DNA of 64,000 bases from Bacteroidota bacterium. GTDB taxonomy: Bacteria > Bacteroidota > Bacteroidia > Flavobacteriales_D > Crocinitomicaceae. Below are positions 36,210 through 45,660 of this stretch, one piece after another. Made by a program: the position numbers and the translations under genes. The notes under the pieces were generated by a model, which saw only the letters and a list, made by a program, of their open reading frames with translations, was not told the origin of the DNA and did no database searches. Where the stretch lies: contig CANCJF010000001.1 of the NCBI GenBank assembly GCA_947378245.1, positions 2,668 through 66,667 on the forward strand, in the 5' to 3' direction. Each line of letters opens with the position of its first letter. Position 1 is the stretch's first letter.

Positions 36210-37490
36210 TTACTTATATATTAAATATTTTTTGCGTATCATTTTAAAATCTAATAAATCATCTTCCCATGATTTACGAATCTCTTCTTCAGGAATATTA
36301 TTGATTAATTGCATTCTAAATTTTGAAGTTCCAGCTAAACGATCAAAAAATATTGGTTGATCAATAAAGGTGATGGAGTCTCCCAACAACTTTTTAGCTT
36401 GTATAATCCAATCGATGTTTAGTTTATTGACGTCCTGCATCCCCAATGTCTTGAGATCGTATCCGTAGCAAAGTTTATTTTCATTCACTGGTCGCTTTGA
36501 ACCAAAACCGGAAACGGGTGTAAATTTATAGTCTGATTCCGGAAATAAAGGATGACCAAAGACTTCAAATGGTGAATCAGTTCCACGACCTATACTTACT
36601 GTAGTTCCTTCAAAAATACACAAACTTGGATACAATGAAATTGCAAAATCTGATCTTAAATTTGGACTTGGAGGAACAGGTAATACATATTTAGTGTCAT
36701 GTGTATAATTTTTACATGGAACTACGTATAAATTACATCCTGAACTATCGCTCAACCAACACTCATTATTAATCATCTCAGCATATTCACCGATAGTCAT
36801 TCCATATACAATCGGAACAGGATGCATACCGATAAATGATTTATGAAATTCATCACGTACAGGTCCATCCACATAATGTGCATTCGGATTAGGTCTGTCT
36901 AATACAATCAAGGGTATATTGCTGTCAGCACATGCCTCCATCACGTAATGTAAAGTTGAAATATACGTGTAAAAACGAACTCCAACATCTTGTATATCAA
37001 ATAAAACGATGTCTACATCTGATAGTTGTTCTTTTGTTGGTTTACGATTATGTCCATACAAAGAAATAATATCAACTCCAGTTTTTGGATCATGATCATT
37101 CCATACATGCTCTCCATTGTCTGCAACCCCTCTAAATCCATGTTCCGGAGCAAATACTTTTTGTATTTTAATACCTAAACTGATTAAGGTGTCTACCAAA
37201 TGTGTTTTACCAATCATTGATGTTTGATTCCCAACGATTGCAACACGCTTCCCAACCAATGAATCAAAATACAAATCCAAACGTTCAACAGCCAATACGA
37301 TGGGTTTATGATGATTTGAATCGACTTTTTGAGTAGGATATTTAATTGGAAAAGTTAATAGAACATTCGAAGTTTTTTTCCAAGAAACGGTTAAGATTAA
37401 GATCAAAATCAAGAAAATACTTTTTAAGGACAAAAGCATTGTGTACTTTCGTAATCCATAAATAGAGAACTTGAAATTTGAATTTTTCAT
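36210..37490 (-). CDS. DUF1343 family protein (NamZ-like exo-beta-N-acetylmuramidase)
   Basis: ...VAIVGNQTS...APEHGFRG...ISLYG...DIVLFDIQDVGVRFYTYISTL...LDRPNP... The alternative start at 37439 (MLLSLKS...) would remove the overlap with the divergent gene. Confidence 0.8.
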   Translation of the reverse strand: MKNSNFKFSIYGLRKYTMLLSLKSIFLILILILTVSWKKTSNVLLTFPIKYPTQKVDSNHHKPIVLAVERLDLYFDSLVGKRVAIVGNQTSMIGKTHLVDTLISLGIKIQKVFAPEHGFRGVADNGEHVWNDHDPKTGVDIISLYGHNRKPTKEQLSDVDIVLFDIQDVGVRFYTYISTLHYVMEACADSNIPLIVLDRPNPNAHYVDGPVRDEFHKSFIGMHPVPIVYGMTIGEYAEMINNECWLSDSSGCNLYVVPCKNYTHDTKYVLPVPPSPNLRSDFAISLYPSLCIFEGTTVSIGRGTDSPFEVFGHPLFPESDYKFTPVSGFGSKRPVNENKLCYGYDLKTLGMQDVNKLNIDWIIQAKKLLGDSITFIDQPIFFDRLAGTSKFRMQLINNIPEEEIRKSWEDDLLDFKMIRKKYLIYK

Positions 37491-39138
37491 AGCACGTAAA
37501 CTTCTAAAAAACGAAGTGGAAGGGAAAAAAGTTTCTCAACCCATCGTTCGTATCTCTATTATTAGTATTGCTCTCGCAATGATTGTTAATATTATTACTT
37601 TAGCCGTAGTTAAAGGCTTTCAACAAGAAGTACGAGATAAAGTGATAGGTTTTGGATCTCATGCTATCATTACAAAATCTGGTGAAAACACCATTCATGA
37701 AAGTGAACCCATTTTTATCCATCAATCGTTTTATCCATCATTGTTACATGATCAAAAGATAAAACACATCCAACCTGTTGCTTTTAAAGCGGCCCTTCTA
37801 CAGTCCAATATTACTAAAAAAAATCCGGAAATTCAACAAGAAATTGAAGGTGTGCTTGTGAAAGGAGTTGATAAATCTTACGATTGGGAGTTTTTTAAGT
37901 CGAATTTAATATCCGGTAGAATTCCAAATTTTGACACTAAATATACTTCTGATGAAATTCTAATTTCTACTAAAATCGCACATGATCTTAATTATCACCT
38001 TGGTGACGAAGTTCGTACTTTTTTCGTGAAAAATAAACCCATTAAAAAGATGTTTAAGATTGTCGGCATCTATGAAACTGGGTATGAAGAATTGGATAAA
38101 CAGATGATTATAGCTGACCTCCGACACATTCAACTACTCAATGATTGGGGAATTCAAGTAAGTGTTACAGTTTCTGATACTTTATATAAAGGAAACCTAG
38201 TCATTCAAGCCAATCCTATTGGTGGAAACGGAAATTATCGTTTGGATTGGGGAACTGGTTACGATAAAGTGGGAGCCTATGGTTTCTACCCAACTAAAGA
38301 TACTGTAATCCGTGTTATTGCATCGGATTACTGGATGTTTATGGATGGTAAAGATGGGGAAACAAGTATACCTGATACAGCTTTTTTAAAAGTAAAAGTT
38401 CACAATAATAACTCAGATTTTCAACCCATTCAAGCAAGTTCAGAAGGCCTGGTTGACAAAAAATATCTAGATGAATCAGGTTATCATTTTTCCATTCAAG
38501 CAGGAAATCGAACCATTGAATTCACACAAATTGATGGCAAAGGAAGTTACCATAACTATGTAGGTGCTTTTGAATGTACAGTAAATGATTGGAATACCTT
38601 GGAAGAAGATGTACGTCACCTAAAAAATCAAGTATTACTGGGGAGTGAACAAAACCAACAATTAAAAGTCACGAGTATCGTAGATAGCCAAAGTGACATC
38701 TTTGTTTGGTTGAGTTTTCTCGATATTAATGTCTGGATCATCTTAAGTTTGATGATCATCATTGGGGTCATTAATATGGGGTCTGCGTTGTTAGTGATGA
38801 TTTTAGTAAAAACAAATTTCATTGGATTGATGAAGGGTTTAGGTGCGTCCAATTGGAATATTCGTAAGATTTTCCTTTACCAAGCTGCATTTCTTATGTT
38901 TCGAGGTATGTTTTGGGGAAATGTGATAGGTATCGGTTTTTGTACCCTCCAAAAATATTTCAAATTAATCCCGCTTAATCCCGAAGTGTATTATCTGAAC
39001 GCTGTACCTATTCAACTAAATATCGGGATTTTCATTTTGTTAAATATTGCTACACTTGTGATATGCTTATTAGCGTTAATTGTACCATCCTATATTATAA
39101 CACGAATTAGTCCTGCAAAATCAATTAAGTTTAATTAG
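37471..39138 (+). CDS. FtsX-family ABC transporter permease (LolC/E-like) with enlarged periplasmic domain
   Basis: N-terminus LKFEFFIARKLL...VRISIISIALAMIVNIITLAVVKGFQQEVRDKVIGFGSH and a C-terminal 3-TM FtsX domain. 555 aa, TTG start. About 375 aa lie between TM1 and TM2. Confidence 0.8.
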   Translation: MKFEFFIARKLLKNEVEGKKVSQPIVRISIISIALAMIVNIITLAVVKGFQQEVRDKVIGFGSHAIITKSGENTIHESEPIFIHQSFYPSLLHDQKIKHIQPVAFKAALLQSNITKKNPEIQQEIEGVLVKGVDKSYDWEFFKSNLISGRIPNFDTKYTSDEILISTKIAHDLNYHLGDEVRTFFVKNKPIKKMFKIVGIYETGYEELDKQMIIADLRHIQLLNDWGIQVSVTVSDTLYKGNLVIQANPIGGNGNYRLDWGTGYDKVGAYGFYPTKDTVIRVIASDYWMFMDGKDGETSIPDTAFLKVKVHNNNSDFQPIQASSEGLVDKKYLDESGYHFSIQAGNRTIEFTQIDGKGSYHNYVGAFECTVNDWNTLEEDVRHLKNQVLLGSEQNQQLKVTSIVDSQSDIFVWLSFLDINVWIILSLMIIIGVINMGSALLVMILVKTNFIGLMKGLGASNWNIRKIFLYQAAFLMFRGMFWGNVIGIGFCTLQKYFKLIPLNPEVYYLNAVPIQLNIGIFILLNIATLVICLLALIVPSYIITRISPAKSIKFN

Positions 39139-40931
39139 TCCTCCCCAAAATAATCATATAACACCTTAGCCTTAGCCTTACCAATACAATTTTCTAAGGA
39201 TTCTATAGATGCTTTTTTAATTCCAGATAAACTTTTAAAAGTATTCATTAATTTTTTGAAAGTTGTTTCACCGATTCCTGGTATTCCTTCTAATTCCGAA
39301 ATAAAAGCTCCTTTACTGCGTCGATTACGATGATGTGTTATCCCAAAACGATGTGCCTCATTTCGCATGTATTGAATCACTTTCAAACTCTCTGAACGTT
39401 TATCTAGATAAATTGGTATACTATCTCCCGGAAAGAATATTTCTTCCAAACGTTTAGCGATACCAATAATGGCTATTTTGCCTCGTATATTTAATTTTTC
39501 TAAAGCTTTTAATGCCGCGCCTAATTGCCCTTTACCTCCATCAATAATGATTAATTGAGGCATTGACTCATTTTCATCTAATAAGCGCCTGTATCGTCTA
39601 AAAACAACTTCCTCCATAGTTGCAAAGTCATCAGGACCCACAACTGTTTGCACATTAAAATGTCTGTAATCTTTTTTGGAAGGTTTACCATCTTTAAATA
39701 CCACACATGCCGACACAGGATTTGTCCCTTGTATATTGGAATTATCAAAACATTCCATGTGCTTTGGAAGTTCTGACAATCGTAAATCGCGTTGAATGGT
39801 TTTTAATATACGTTCAGTATGTTCTTCAGGATTGATAATTTTTTGGTGTTTAAACTTTTCAATTCGATAAAACTTCGCATTTCTTAGCGATAACTCAATC
39901 AAATTCTTTTTATCGCCAATCTGAGGAACCAAACATTTAAAGTCTGTGGAAGGAGAAACGATAGCTATTGATGTCAATACTTCTTTGGTAATACTCGAAA
40001 ATCGTACACGCAATTCAAGTAAAGCAAATAAGAGTACGTCTTCCATTGTCTCCTCTAATTTCTTTTGCACTTCCAAAGTAATACCATGTATGATCGCACC
40101 GTTGGAAACTACTAAATAATTTACAAAATAGGCTTTCTCATCTTCAATCGCAGTAATCACATCCACAGCCTGAATTTTTGGAGAAACTATGGTGGATTTT
40201 GCCTTGTAATTTTCTAATAATTCTAGCTTTTCCTTCATTGTTTGAGCATCTTCAAAACGATAAACATCCGCATACTCCATCATCGTTTTTTTTACATACT
40301 GAATTACGTTAGAAATTTGACCTTTTAGAATGGCTTCAATGTGCTGAATAGAGATCGTATATTCATCATTTGTTTGTTTTCCAACACATGGTGCTTTACA
40401 ATTTCCAATGTGGTATTCTAAACACACTTTGTATTTTTCTTGTTGTATATTTTTTTCTGATAAATCAAACGAACACGTTCGCAATTGATATAATTCTTTA
40501 ATCAATTGAACTAACGTATTTACCATTTTCACATTGGTATAGGGGCCAAAATACCGTGAACCATCACGTACTAAATTACGTGTAGAAAACACCCTAGGAA
40601 AAGGCTCATTTTTTATACATATCCATGGATAAGTTTTGTCATCTTTAAGTTGAATATTGTATTTTGGTTGATACTTTTTGATCAAACTATTTTCTAGCAA
40701 TAAAGCATCCAACTCAGTATCCACAACCAGATATTGTATATCAATAATTTGCTTTACTAGGATACGTGTCTTCGCATTATCTTGTGTTTTGACAAAATAG
40801 GAAGTAACACGTTTTTTCAAATTCTTGGCTTTCCCTACATAGATTATTACACCATTATTATCGAAATACTGATAAATGCCAGGTTGTTCAGGAATAGTTT
40901 TTAGTTTAAGTTGTAAGTGTTCAGGTGCCAT
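39135..40931 (-). CDS. uvrC: Excinuclease ABC subunit UvrC
   Basis: GIY-YIG (PGIYQYFD...IIYVGKAKNLKKRV), UVR, the central endonuclease region and C-terminal HhH. ATG at 40931 (track start 40949 is TTG and abuts a terminator). Confidence 0.95.
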   Translation of the reverse strand: MAPEHLQLKLKTIPEQPGIYQYFDNNGVIIYVGKAKNLKKRVTSYFVKTQDNAKTRILVKQIIDIQYLVVDTELDALLLENSLIKKYQPKYNIQLKDDKTYPWICIKNEPFPRVFSTRNLVRDGSRYFGPYTNVKMVNTLVQLIKELYQLRTCSFDLSEKNIQQEKYKVCLEYHIGNCKAPCVGKQTNDEYTISIQHIEAILKGQISNVIQYVKKTMMEYADVYRFEDAQTMKEKLELLENYKAKSTIVSPKIQAVDVITAIEDEKAYFVNYLVVSNGAIIHGITLEVQKKLEETMEDVLLFALLELRVRFSSITKEVLTSIAIVSPSTDFKCLVPQIGDKKNLIELSLRNAKFYRIEKFKHQKIINPEEHTERILKTIQRDLRLSELPKHMECFDNSNIQGTNPVSACVVFKDGKPSKKDYRHFNVQTVVGPDDFATMEEVVFRRYRRLLDENESMPQLIIIDGGKGQLGAALKALEKLNIRGKIAIIGIAKRLEEIFFPGDSIPIYLDKRSESLKVIQYMRNEAHRFGITHHRNRRSKGAFISELEGIPGIGETTFKKLMNTFKSLSGIKKASIESLENCIGKAKAKVLYDYFGED

Positions 40932-40946
40932 GCAAACAAATTTACA

Positions 40947-40976
40947 CAAAAAAAGGTCGACCTTTCAGCCGACCTT
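40947..40976 (-). terminator. Rho-independent terminator on the minus strand (after ppiD plus repeat copy C)
   Basis: The minus strand reads AAGGTCG-N10-CGACCTT followed by TTTTT. Confidence 0.6.
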
Positions 40977-40991
40977 ATATATATTGTTTAA

Positions 40992-41150
40992 TGTGATTTT
41001 TAAATTAGATTTTTCGAGGCAAACAAAAAATTAATACCGCAGTATACTTTAGTATATGAGGAGAGAAAGCTTGCTTTCGAAGACCAAACGTTAGTGCAGG
41101 GAATCAAAAGGATTTTATAAAAAAGAAGAAAAAGCAATTTAAAAATTATA
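40992..41150 (+). repeat. Copy C (full-length) of the interspersed structured repeat family
   Basis: Conserved core TAGATTTTTCGAGGCAAACAAAAAATTAATACCGCAGTATAC... plus the ~40-nt module. Terminal inverted repeat ATTTTTAAATT / AATTTAAAAAT, extendable by G.U-compatible pairs. Abuts the ppiD stop codon. Confidence 0.85.
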
Positions 41151-43343
41151 TTATCTTCTTATCCCTAAGAATGCGAACTTACGATTATCCTTAACATCCG
41201 CCAATTTAATCAATGCCATTTTCGCTTCCCCTTGTTGGTTCCCACGAACACTGTTTAATAATTGCATAGCTTCCATTGTATAATCACTAGTTGTTGGTGC
41301 TTTAATTGTTTTGTTGATTTGAATTACATAAACACCTTGTTCTCCTTTTACAAGTACAGTAGAACCATCTTTTAAACCAGCAAATAATGTTCCTACAGCT
41401 TCAGGTTCGAATCCTTGCAATTGAGGATTCGCAAAAGTTACTTCTCCTTTGTTTACAATTGTTTTTCCTTTTTTAGCAAGAACATTTAAGTTCTTTTGTT
41501 TTCCTATTTGCTTAACAAAACGATCACCTTTCTTTTGTTTGATGACTTCTAATTTCATAGATTCTTGAACATCTATGAAAGCAGGAACACCTTTTTCCCT
41601 TACTGAAGATACGATTGCAATAATATATCTGTTACCATCAATGATTGGTTTTGAACATAAAGTTCCTACTTCCGTATTTTCGTCATAGGCTAATTTCAAT
41701 ATTGCATCCTCAGCCAATGTAGTTGTGAATCCTTGAGCAGAAGGATTTTCATCAAGTATTCTTACTGGACGAGCAAAATACCCTTTTTGTTGTGCAATTG
41801 TATCAAATAAATCCAACTTTGCTTTTGGAGAATTTTTTCTGTAAATTTTTTCGTCTAATTCATTTAAAACATCAAATGCGTCATCTGTTGCTTTCATTTT
41901 TGTATCATTACTTGGAAGTAATTCTTTTTCAATGAATGAAACAATAGGATATTTTACCGATTTACGATCCATTACTTCAATGATGTGAATCCCGAAATCT
42001 GTAGTTACCATTCCGATAGTACCAATTGGTTTTTCAACTGCAAATTTAGAGAATTGAGGAACCATTTCGTAATCGAGGAAGTTTTCATATACACCACCCG
42101 TACTTTTAGATCCAGGATCTTCACTGTATTTATTTACATATTCAGTAAAGTTGTCTTTGTTGATTTTCAAAATTAAAGTATCTGCCATTTTACGAACAGC
42201 ACGTAATTTTAAAGAATCTCCTTTTGGTGCGCTTAATAAGATGTGTCTAACTTTGCAAACATTGTTATTGAAACCTCTTACTTTCGCAATACGGAATTTT
42301 CCATTGTCAACATAAGGTCCAACAAGTTGTCCTGCAGAAGCCATCTTAAATACTGTATCCATTTTTAATGGGAAAGTTAATCCTTGTTGAGCTTTAGCAT
42401 CACCTTCAGGACGTAAAGTAGATTGACGAGTACTCGTGTAGAATTTTAAGTCGCTATTTGACAACACAAACGTAGAATCATCTTTTGTTTTAGAGAAACC
42501 ATCTTTGATAGTTTTCAATATTTTATTAAATTCTGTTGTATCTTTTTTAGATGGAGCGATATTTATATCAAAATATTTTACATCTCTGCCTGCAGTAGAT
42601 TCGTATTTTTTCTCATTTTTATGCTCTTCATAGTATGATTTTACTTCATCCTCAGATACTTTGATTTGATCATCAGGAATTTCAGAGTAACGACGTATTA
42701 CATAAGAAATATTTTTAACTTCTTTTTGTGCTTTATACTCTTCTTTACCTTCTAATTTAGTTACATAAACACCTTGAGAAAGAATTTGGTAGTATTTTTC
42801 GTTTTTACGTTGGTTTGTAAAACTTGTTTTTGTTGTTTCCCAATCTGCTTGTACTTTAGGATCTGTTGAACTTTCCATATCTTGGATACGTTTTTCTAAC
42901 ATACGTGGGTTAAATTGACCAGTAACTGAATCAACAAAACTTTGTGCTAAATTTGGCATTACAGTAAAACCATCAGTACCGTATAAATAAGCATCAAATT
43001 CATTTTTACTTACATCGATTCCTAATTTTTCGTATTCTTCTTCTAAGATTTTCTCTTCCACCAACATGGTCCATGCACGATTTTCAGACTGTTTTTTATC
43101 TGTCTCTGTATAAGGACGTTGTTGTTGTGCATATTGCTGTTGATCTGATTGAATCATCGATTGAACCAATTTTTCATATTCCATTGGATCCACTTTCTCA
43201 CCGTAAACCTCCCCTAAACCAATAGGTTGATTTGAAGAACCAAACATATTGTCCCATCCACTCATGATGAATGCGAACATTGCCAATCCTAATAAAACGA
43301 TAGTAATCCCTGATTTTTCACGTATTTTTCCAATAATAGCCAT
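41151..43343 (-). CDS. ppiD: Periplasmic chaperone / peptidyl-prolyl isomerase PpiD-like
   Basis: N-terminal anchor MAIIGKIREKSGITIVLLGLAMFAFI, SurA-N-like region and a central parvulin-like segment (...VRHILL...DPGSKSTGG...FGIHIIEV...); 730 aa. Confidence 0.8.
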   Translation of the reverse strand: MAIIGKIREKSGITIVLLGLAMFAFIMSGWDNMFGSSNQPIGLGEVYGEKVDPMEYEKLVQSMIQSDQQQYAQQQRPYTETDKKQSENRAWTMLVEEKILEEEYEKLGIDVSKNEFDAYLYGTDGFTVMPNLAQSFVDSVTGQFNPRMLEKRIQDMESSTDPKVQADWETTKTSFTNQRKNEKYYQILSQGVYVTKLEGKEEYKAQKEVKNISYVIRRYSEIPDDQIKVSEDEVKSYYEEHKNEKKYESTAGRDVKYFDINIAPSKKDTTEFNKILKTIKDGFSKTKDDSTFVLSNSDLKFYTSTRQSTLRPEGDAKAQQGLTFPLKMDTVFKMASAGQLVGPYVDNGKFRIAKVRGFNNNVCKVRHILLSAPKGDSLKLRAVRKMADTLILKINKDNFTEYVNKYSEDPGSKSTGGVYENFLDYEMVPQFSKFAVEKPIGTIGMVTTDFGIHIIEVMDRKSVKYPIVSFIEKELLPSNDTKMKATDDAFDVLNELDEKIYRKNSPKAKLDLFDTIAQQKGYFARPVRILDENPSAQGFTTTLAEDAILKLAYDENTEVGTLCSKPIIDGNRYIIAIVSSVREKGVPAFIDVQESMKLEVIKQKKGDRFVKQIGKQKNLNVLAKKGKTIVNKGEVTFANPQLQGFEPEAVGTLFAGLKDGSTVLVKGEQGVYVIQINKTIKAPTTSDYTMEAMQLLNSVRGNQQGEAKMALIKLADVKDNRKFAFLGIRR

Positions 43344-43405
43344 CTTATGATAATTTTTTAAGCACGCGAATATACATATCAGAATTGATTTTTAAAAGAA
43401 AACCC

Positions 43406-44398
43406 CTAGTTATTCTTTTTTCGTTCCCATTTAAGTGTATAAATAACACCTCCATACATTACAAAATATGGAGTTGAAGCAGCGCCAGAACCGATATTTT
43501 GTGGCATGGTATAATAGGGAGAAAGATTAATTGTAAACTTTTTAAATACATACCTAAAATCAAGGTTAAATGTATATGCTAAAAAGGGAGTATTTGTTTT
43601 GATGGTTTGTGTTGATGTTTTTGTTTGTAATCCTTTTCCTTTTGCTAGTTTTTTGGTAGTTGCACTTGATTCTACTCCATTTTGAGTTCCATATAATACG
43701 TCAATTTCCGGAGTTAAAATTAATTTATCATATTGGTTGAGTAGTTCATAAAAATAGAAAGTGATTGAATTCATGAAAGTCATGGTAAAATCTTTTGCTT
43801 CTACATAGGTATACCCAGTATTATCTACCAAAACGTATTTCTCTTTTTTATTAAATACACTATCCACTGAGTGAAAAGGGACAGTTTTTTTACCAGAAGT
43901 ATAATCCAAACTTAATCCTGTGTATATATCATGTCCCCAATCAAAACCAGCATAAGCATTAAAATCATTATTTACTACAGCACTTAATCGATCGACTTCT
44001 TTACTATAATTATATCGTGTATATGAAAGTGTAAAATTCCAACGTTCTCCGATATAAAAATTCTTTCCAATTTTTAGATCTACCTCATCAAACATTTTGG
44101 ATGTCGTGTTTGAGTGCACGAGTGAGATTTGATAAAAGAAGTCTTTGGATGTTGTATATTTTATGGTCGGGGTTAGTATTGGAATTGGAATAGAATCTCG
44201 TTTACCTAACATTGTATTCGCACTTGAATAATTTAGAGAAGCACGAAAACGCCTGTAAACAGGATCTTTAACTAATGTGTCATGTTTGTAGACTGCAGTA
44301 TCTGAAATATGAATAGAATTACCTATGTTTTGTGAATAATATAATTCACTGTTTCCTATTAAAAAAAGCAGGATGACAATTAATTTTGAATTTATCAT
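43406..44398 (-). CDS. Hypothetical outer-membrane (beta-barrel-like) protein
   Basis: Signal peptide and alternating hydrophobic/aromatic beta-strand-like pattern throughout. No family recognised. Confidence 0.45.
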   Translation of the reverse strand: MINSKLIVILLFLIGNSELYYSQNIGNSIHISDTAVYKHDTLVKDPVYRRFRASLNYSSANTMLGKRDSIPIPILTPTIKYTTSKDFFYQISLVHSNTTSKMFDEVDLKIGKNFYIGERWNFTLSYTRYNYSKEVDRLSAVVNNDFNAYAGFDWGHDIYTGLSLDYTSGKKTVPFHSVDSVFNKKEKYVLVDNTGYTYVEAKDFTMTFMNSITFYFYELLNQYDKLILTPEIDVLYGTQNGVESSATTKKLAKGKGLQTKTSTQTIKTNTPFLAYTFNLDFRYVFKKFTINLSPYYTMPQNIGSGAASTPYFVMYGGVIYTLKWERKKNN

Positions 44399-44419
44399 TT
44401 ACCAATTAATATAGTAATC

Positions 44420-45145
44420 CTATTTACACAATTCTTTCATATATCCTTCAGCCTCTTTATCTCCCAAGTCTTTTGCATTATTAAAATCAGCACATGCATC
44501 TTCTGGAAAACCTAAATTAAATTCAGTAATAGCACGATTAAAATAATAGTTACTATATGAATTATTTAATGCAATTGCCTGATCATAAAAACTCAATGCT
44601 TTTTCAAAATTTCCTACTGAAAAATAAGCATTTCCCAAATCAAACTGAACTTCGTGAAGTGATGGTGTATATTTCAAAACAGTTTCGTAATCTGTAATAG
44701 CATCATTATAATTTGCCAATTTATAGGAGCAATTTCCACGCAAATAATAAGTGTATGTGTTTTTAGAATCGAGGATCATCACTTTGGAGTAATCTCGGTA
44801 TGCTAAGGTATAATCTTTCGTTTGAAAATAACAACTTGCACGATTGTAATAAGCATCACTGTAATTCGCATTAAAAGCAATCGTTTGTGAAAATTGCTTG
44901 ATGGCATTGTTAAAATCTAATAAATCTAAATACGCATTTCCCAAATAGAAATATAAATCTGCATTTTCTGGTGTTTGCTTCACGCAACGTTCAAACACAC
45001 TAATTGCCTCTTGAAATTTCTTTTCATTGGCTAATTTCAAACCTCGATCTACGGTTGCTGAACTGTCTTGCGCTAAAATGAAATTACTAGTAACCATACA
45101 TGAAACTAGCAATATCCATAGACCATTCAAATGTTGGATTTTCAT
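44420..45145 (-). CDS. Tetratricopeptide-repeat protein, exported (possible lipoprotein)
   Basis: ...WILLVSC... then about 6 TPR units (e.g. YFYLGNAYLDLLDFNNAIKQFSQTIAFN). Confidence 0.75.
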   Translation of the reverse strand: MKIQHLNGLWILLVSCMVTSNFILAQDSSATVDRGLKLANEKKFQEAISVFERCVKQTPENADLYFYLGNAYLDLLDFNNAIKQFSQTIAFNANYSDAYYNRASCYFQTKDYTLAYRDYSKVMILDSKNTYTYYLRGNCSYKLANYNDAITDYETVLKYTPSLHEVQFDLGNAYFSVGNFEKALSFYDQAIALNNSYSNYYFNRAITEFNLGFPEDACADFNNAKDLGDKEAEGYMKELCK

Positions 45146-45177
45146 AAATTAAATTCTAAATCAATTATTAACCTTTT

Positions 45178-45543
45178 TTAGCGACGTTCTTTACGTTGTT
45201 GCATAATCTCTTGACGTTTCTCTTGTCTTTTTTCTTGACCCTGTTCAATATGTTTCTCATGATGACGCTCTTTTTTTACATCTTCTCTTCTTGGACGATC
45301 ACCATGTTTTCCATCTAAATGAGGGCGGTTATGTCTTTCTAAAGTTGGTTTGTGTGCGTGATCTCTAAGATCTTCTTTCTTCAAATCAATACGTTCCGAT
45401 TTATGATCGTTTGTTTTACGGTGTATTTCATGATCTGCATTAATAGACCGAATTTCTAATTTAGGTTTTTTCTCTCCATTCGCATCTTGTGCAAATGAAA
45501 ATGCAGTAAAAAGTATCGCTGTAAGTAGTACTAAATTTTTCAT
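45178..45543 (-). CDS. Small secreted, highly charged His/Lys/Arg/Glu-rich protein
   Basis: Signal peptide MKNLVLLTAILFTAFSFAQ, then low-complexity ...HEIHRKTNDHKSERIDLKKEDLRDHAHKPTLERHNRPHLDGKHGDRPRREDVKKERHHEKHIEQGQEKRQEKRQE... Confidence 0.55.
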   Translation of the reverse strand: MKNLVLLTAILFTAFSFAQDANGEKKPKLEIRSINADHEIHRKTNDHKSERIDLKKEDLRDHAHKPTLERHNRPHLDGKHGDRPRREDVKKERHHEKHIEQGQEKRQEKRQEIMQQRKERR

Positions 45544-45660
45544 AGTTTTAATTGTTAGTTATAGTACTAGGACTTCACCAAATCCAAAAAGTTTAATAAA
45601 ACTAAAAATATTTTTTGAATTGCATAGAATTGACATTCTAGATTGTTTAATTTTGTTGAT

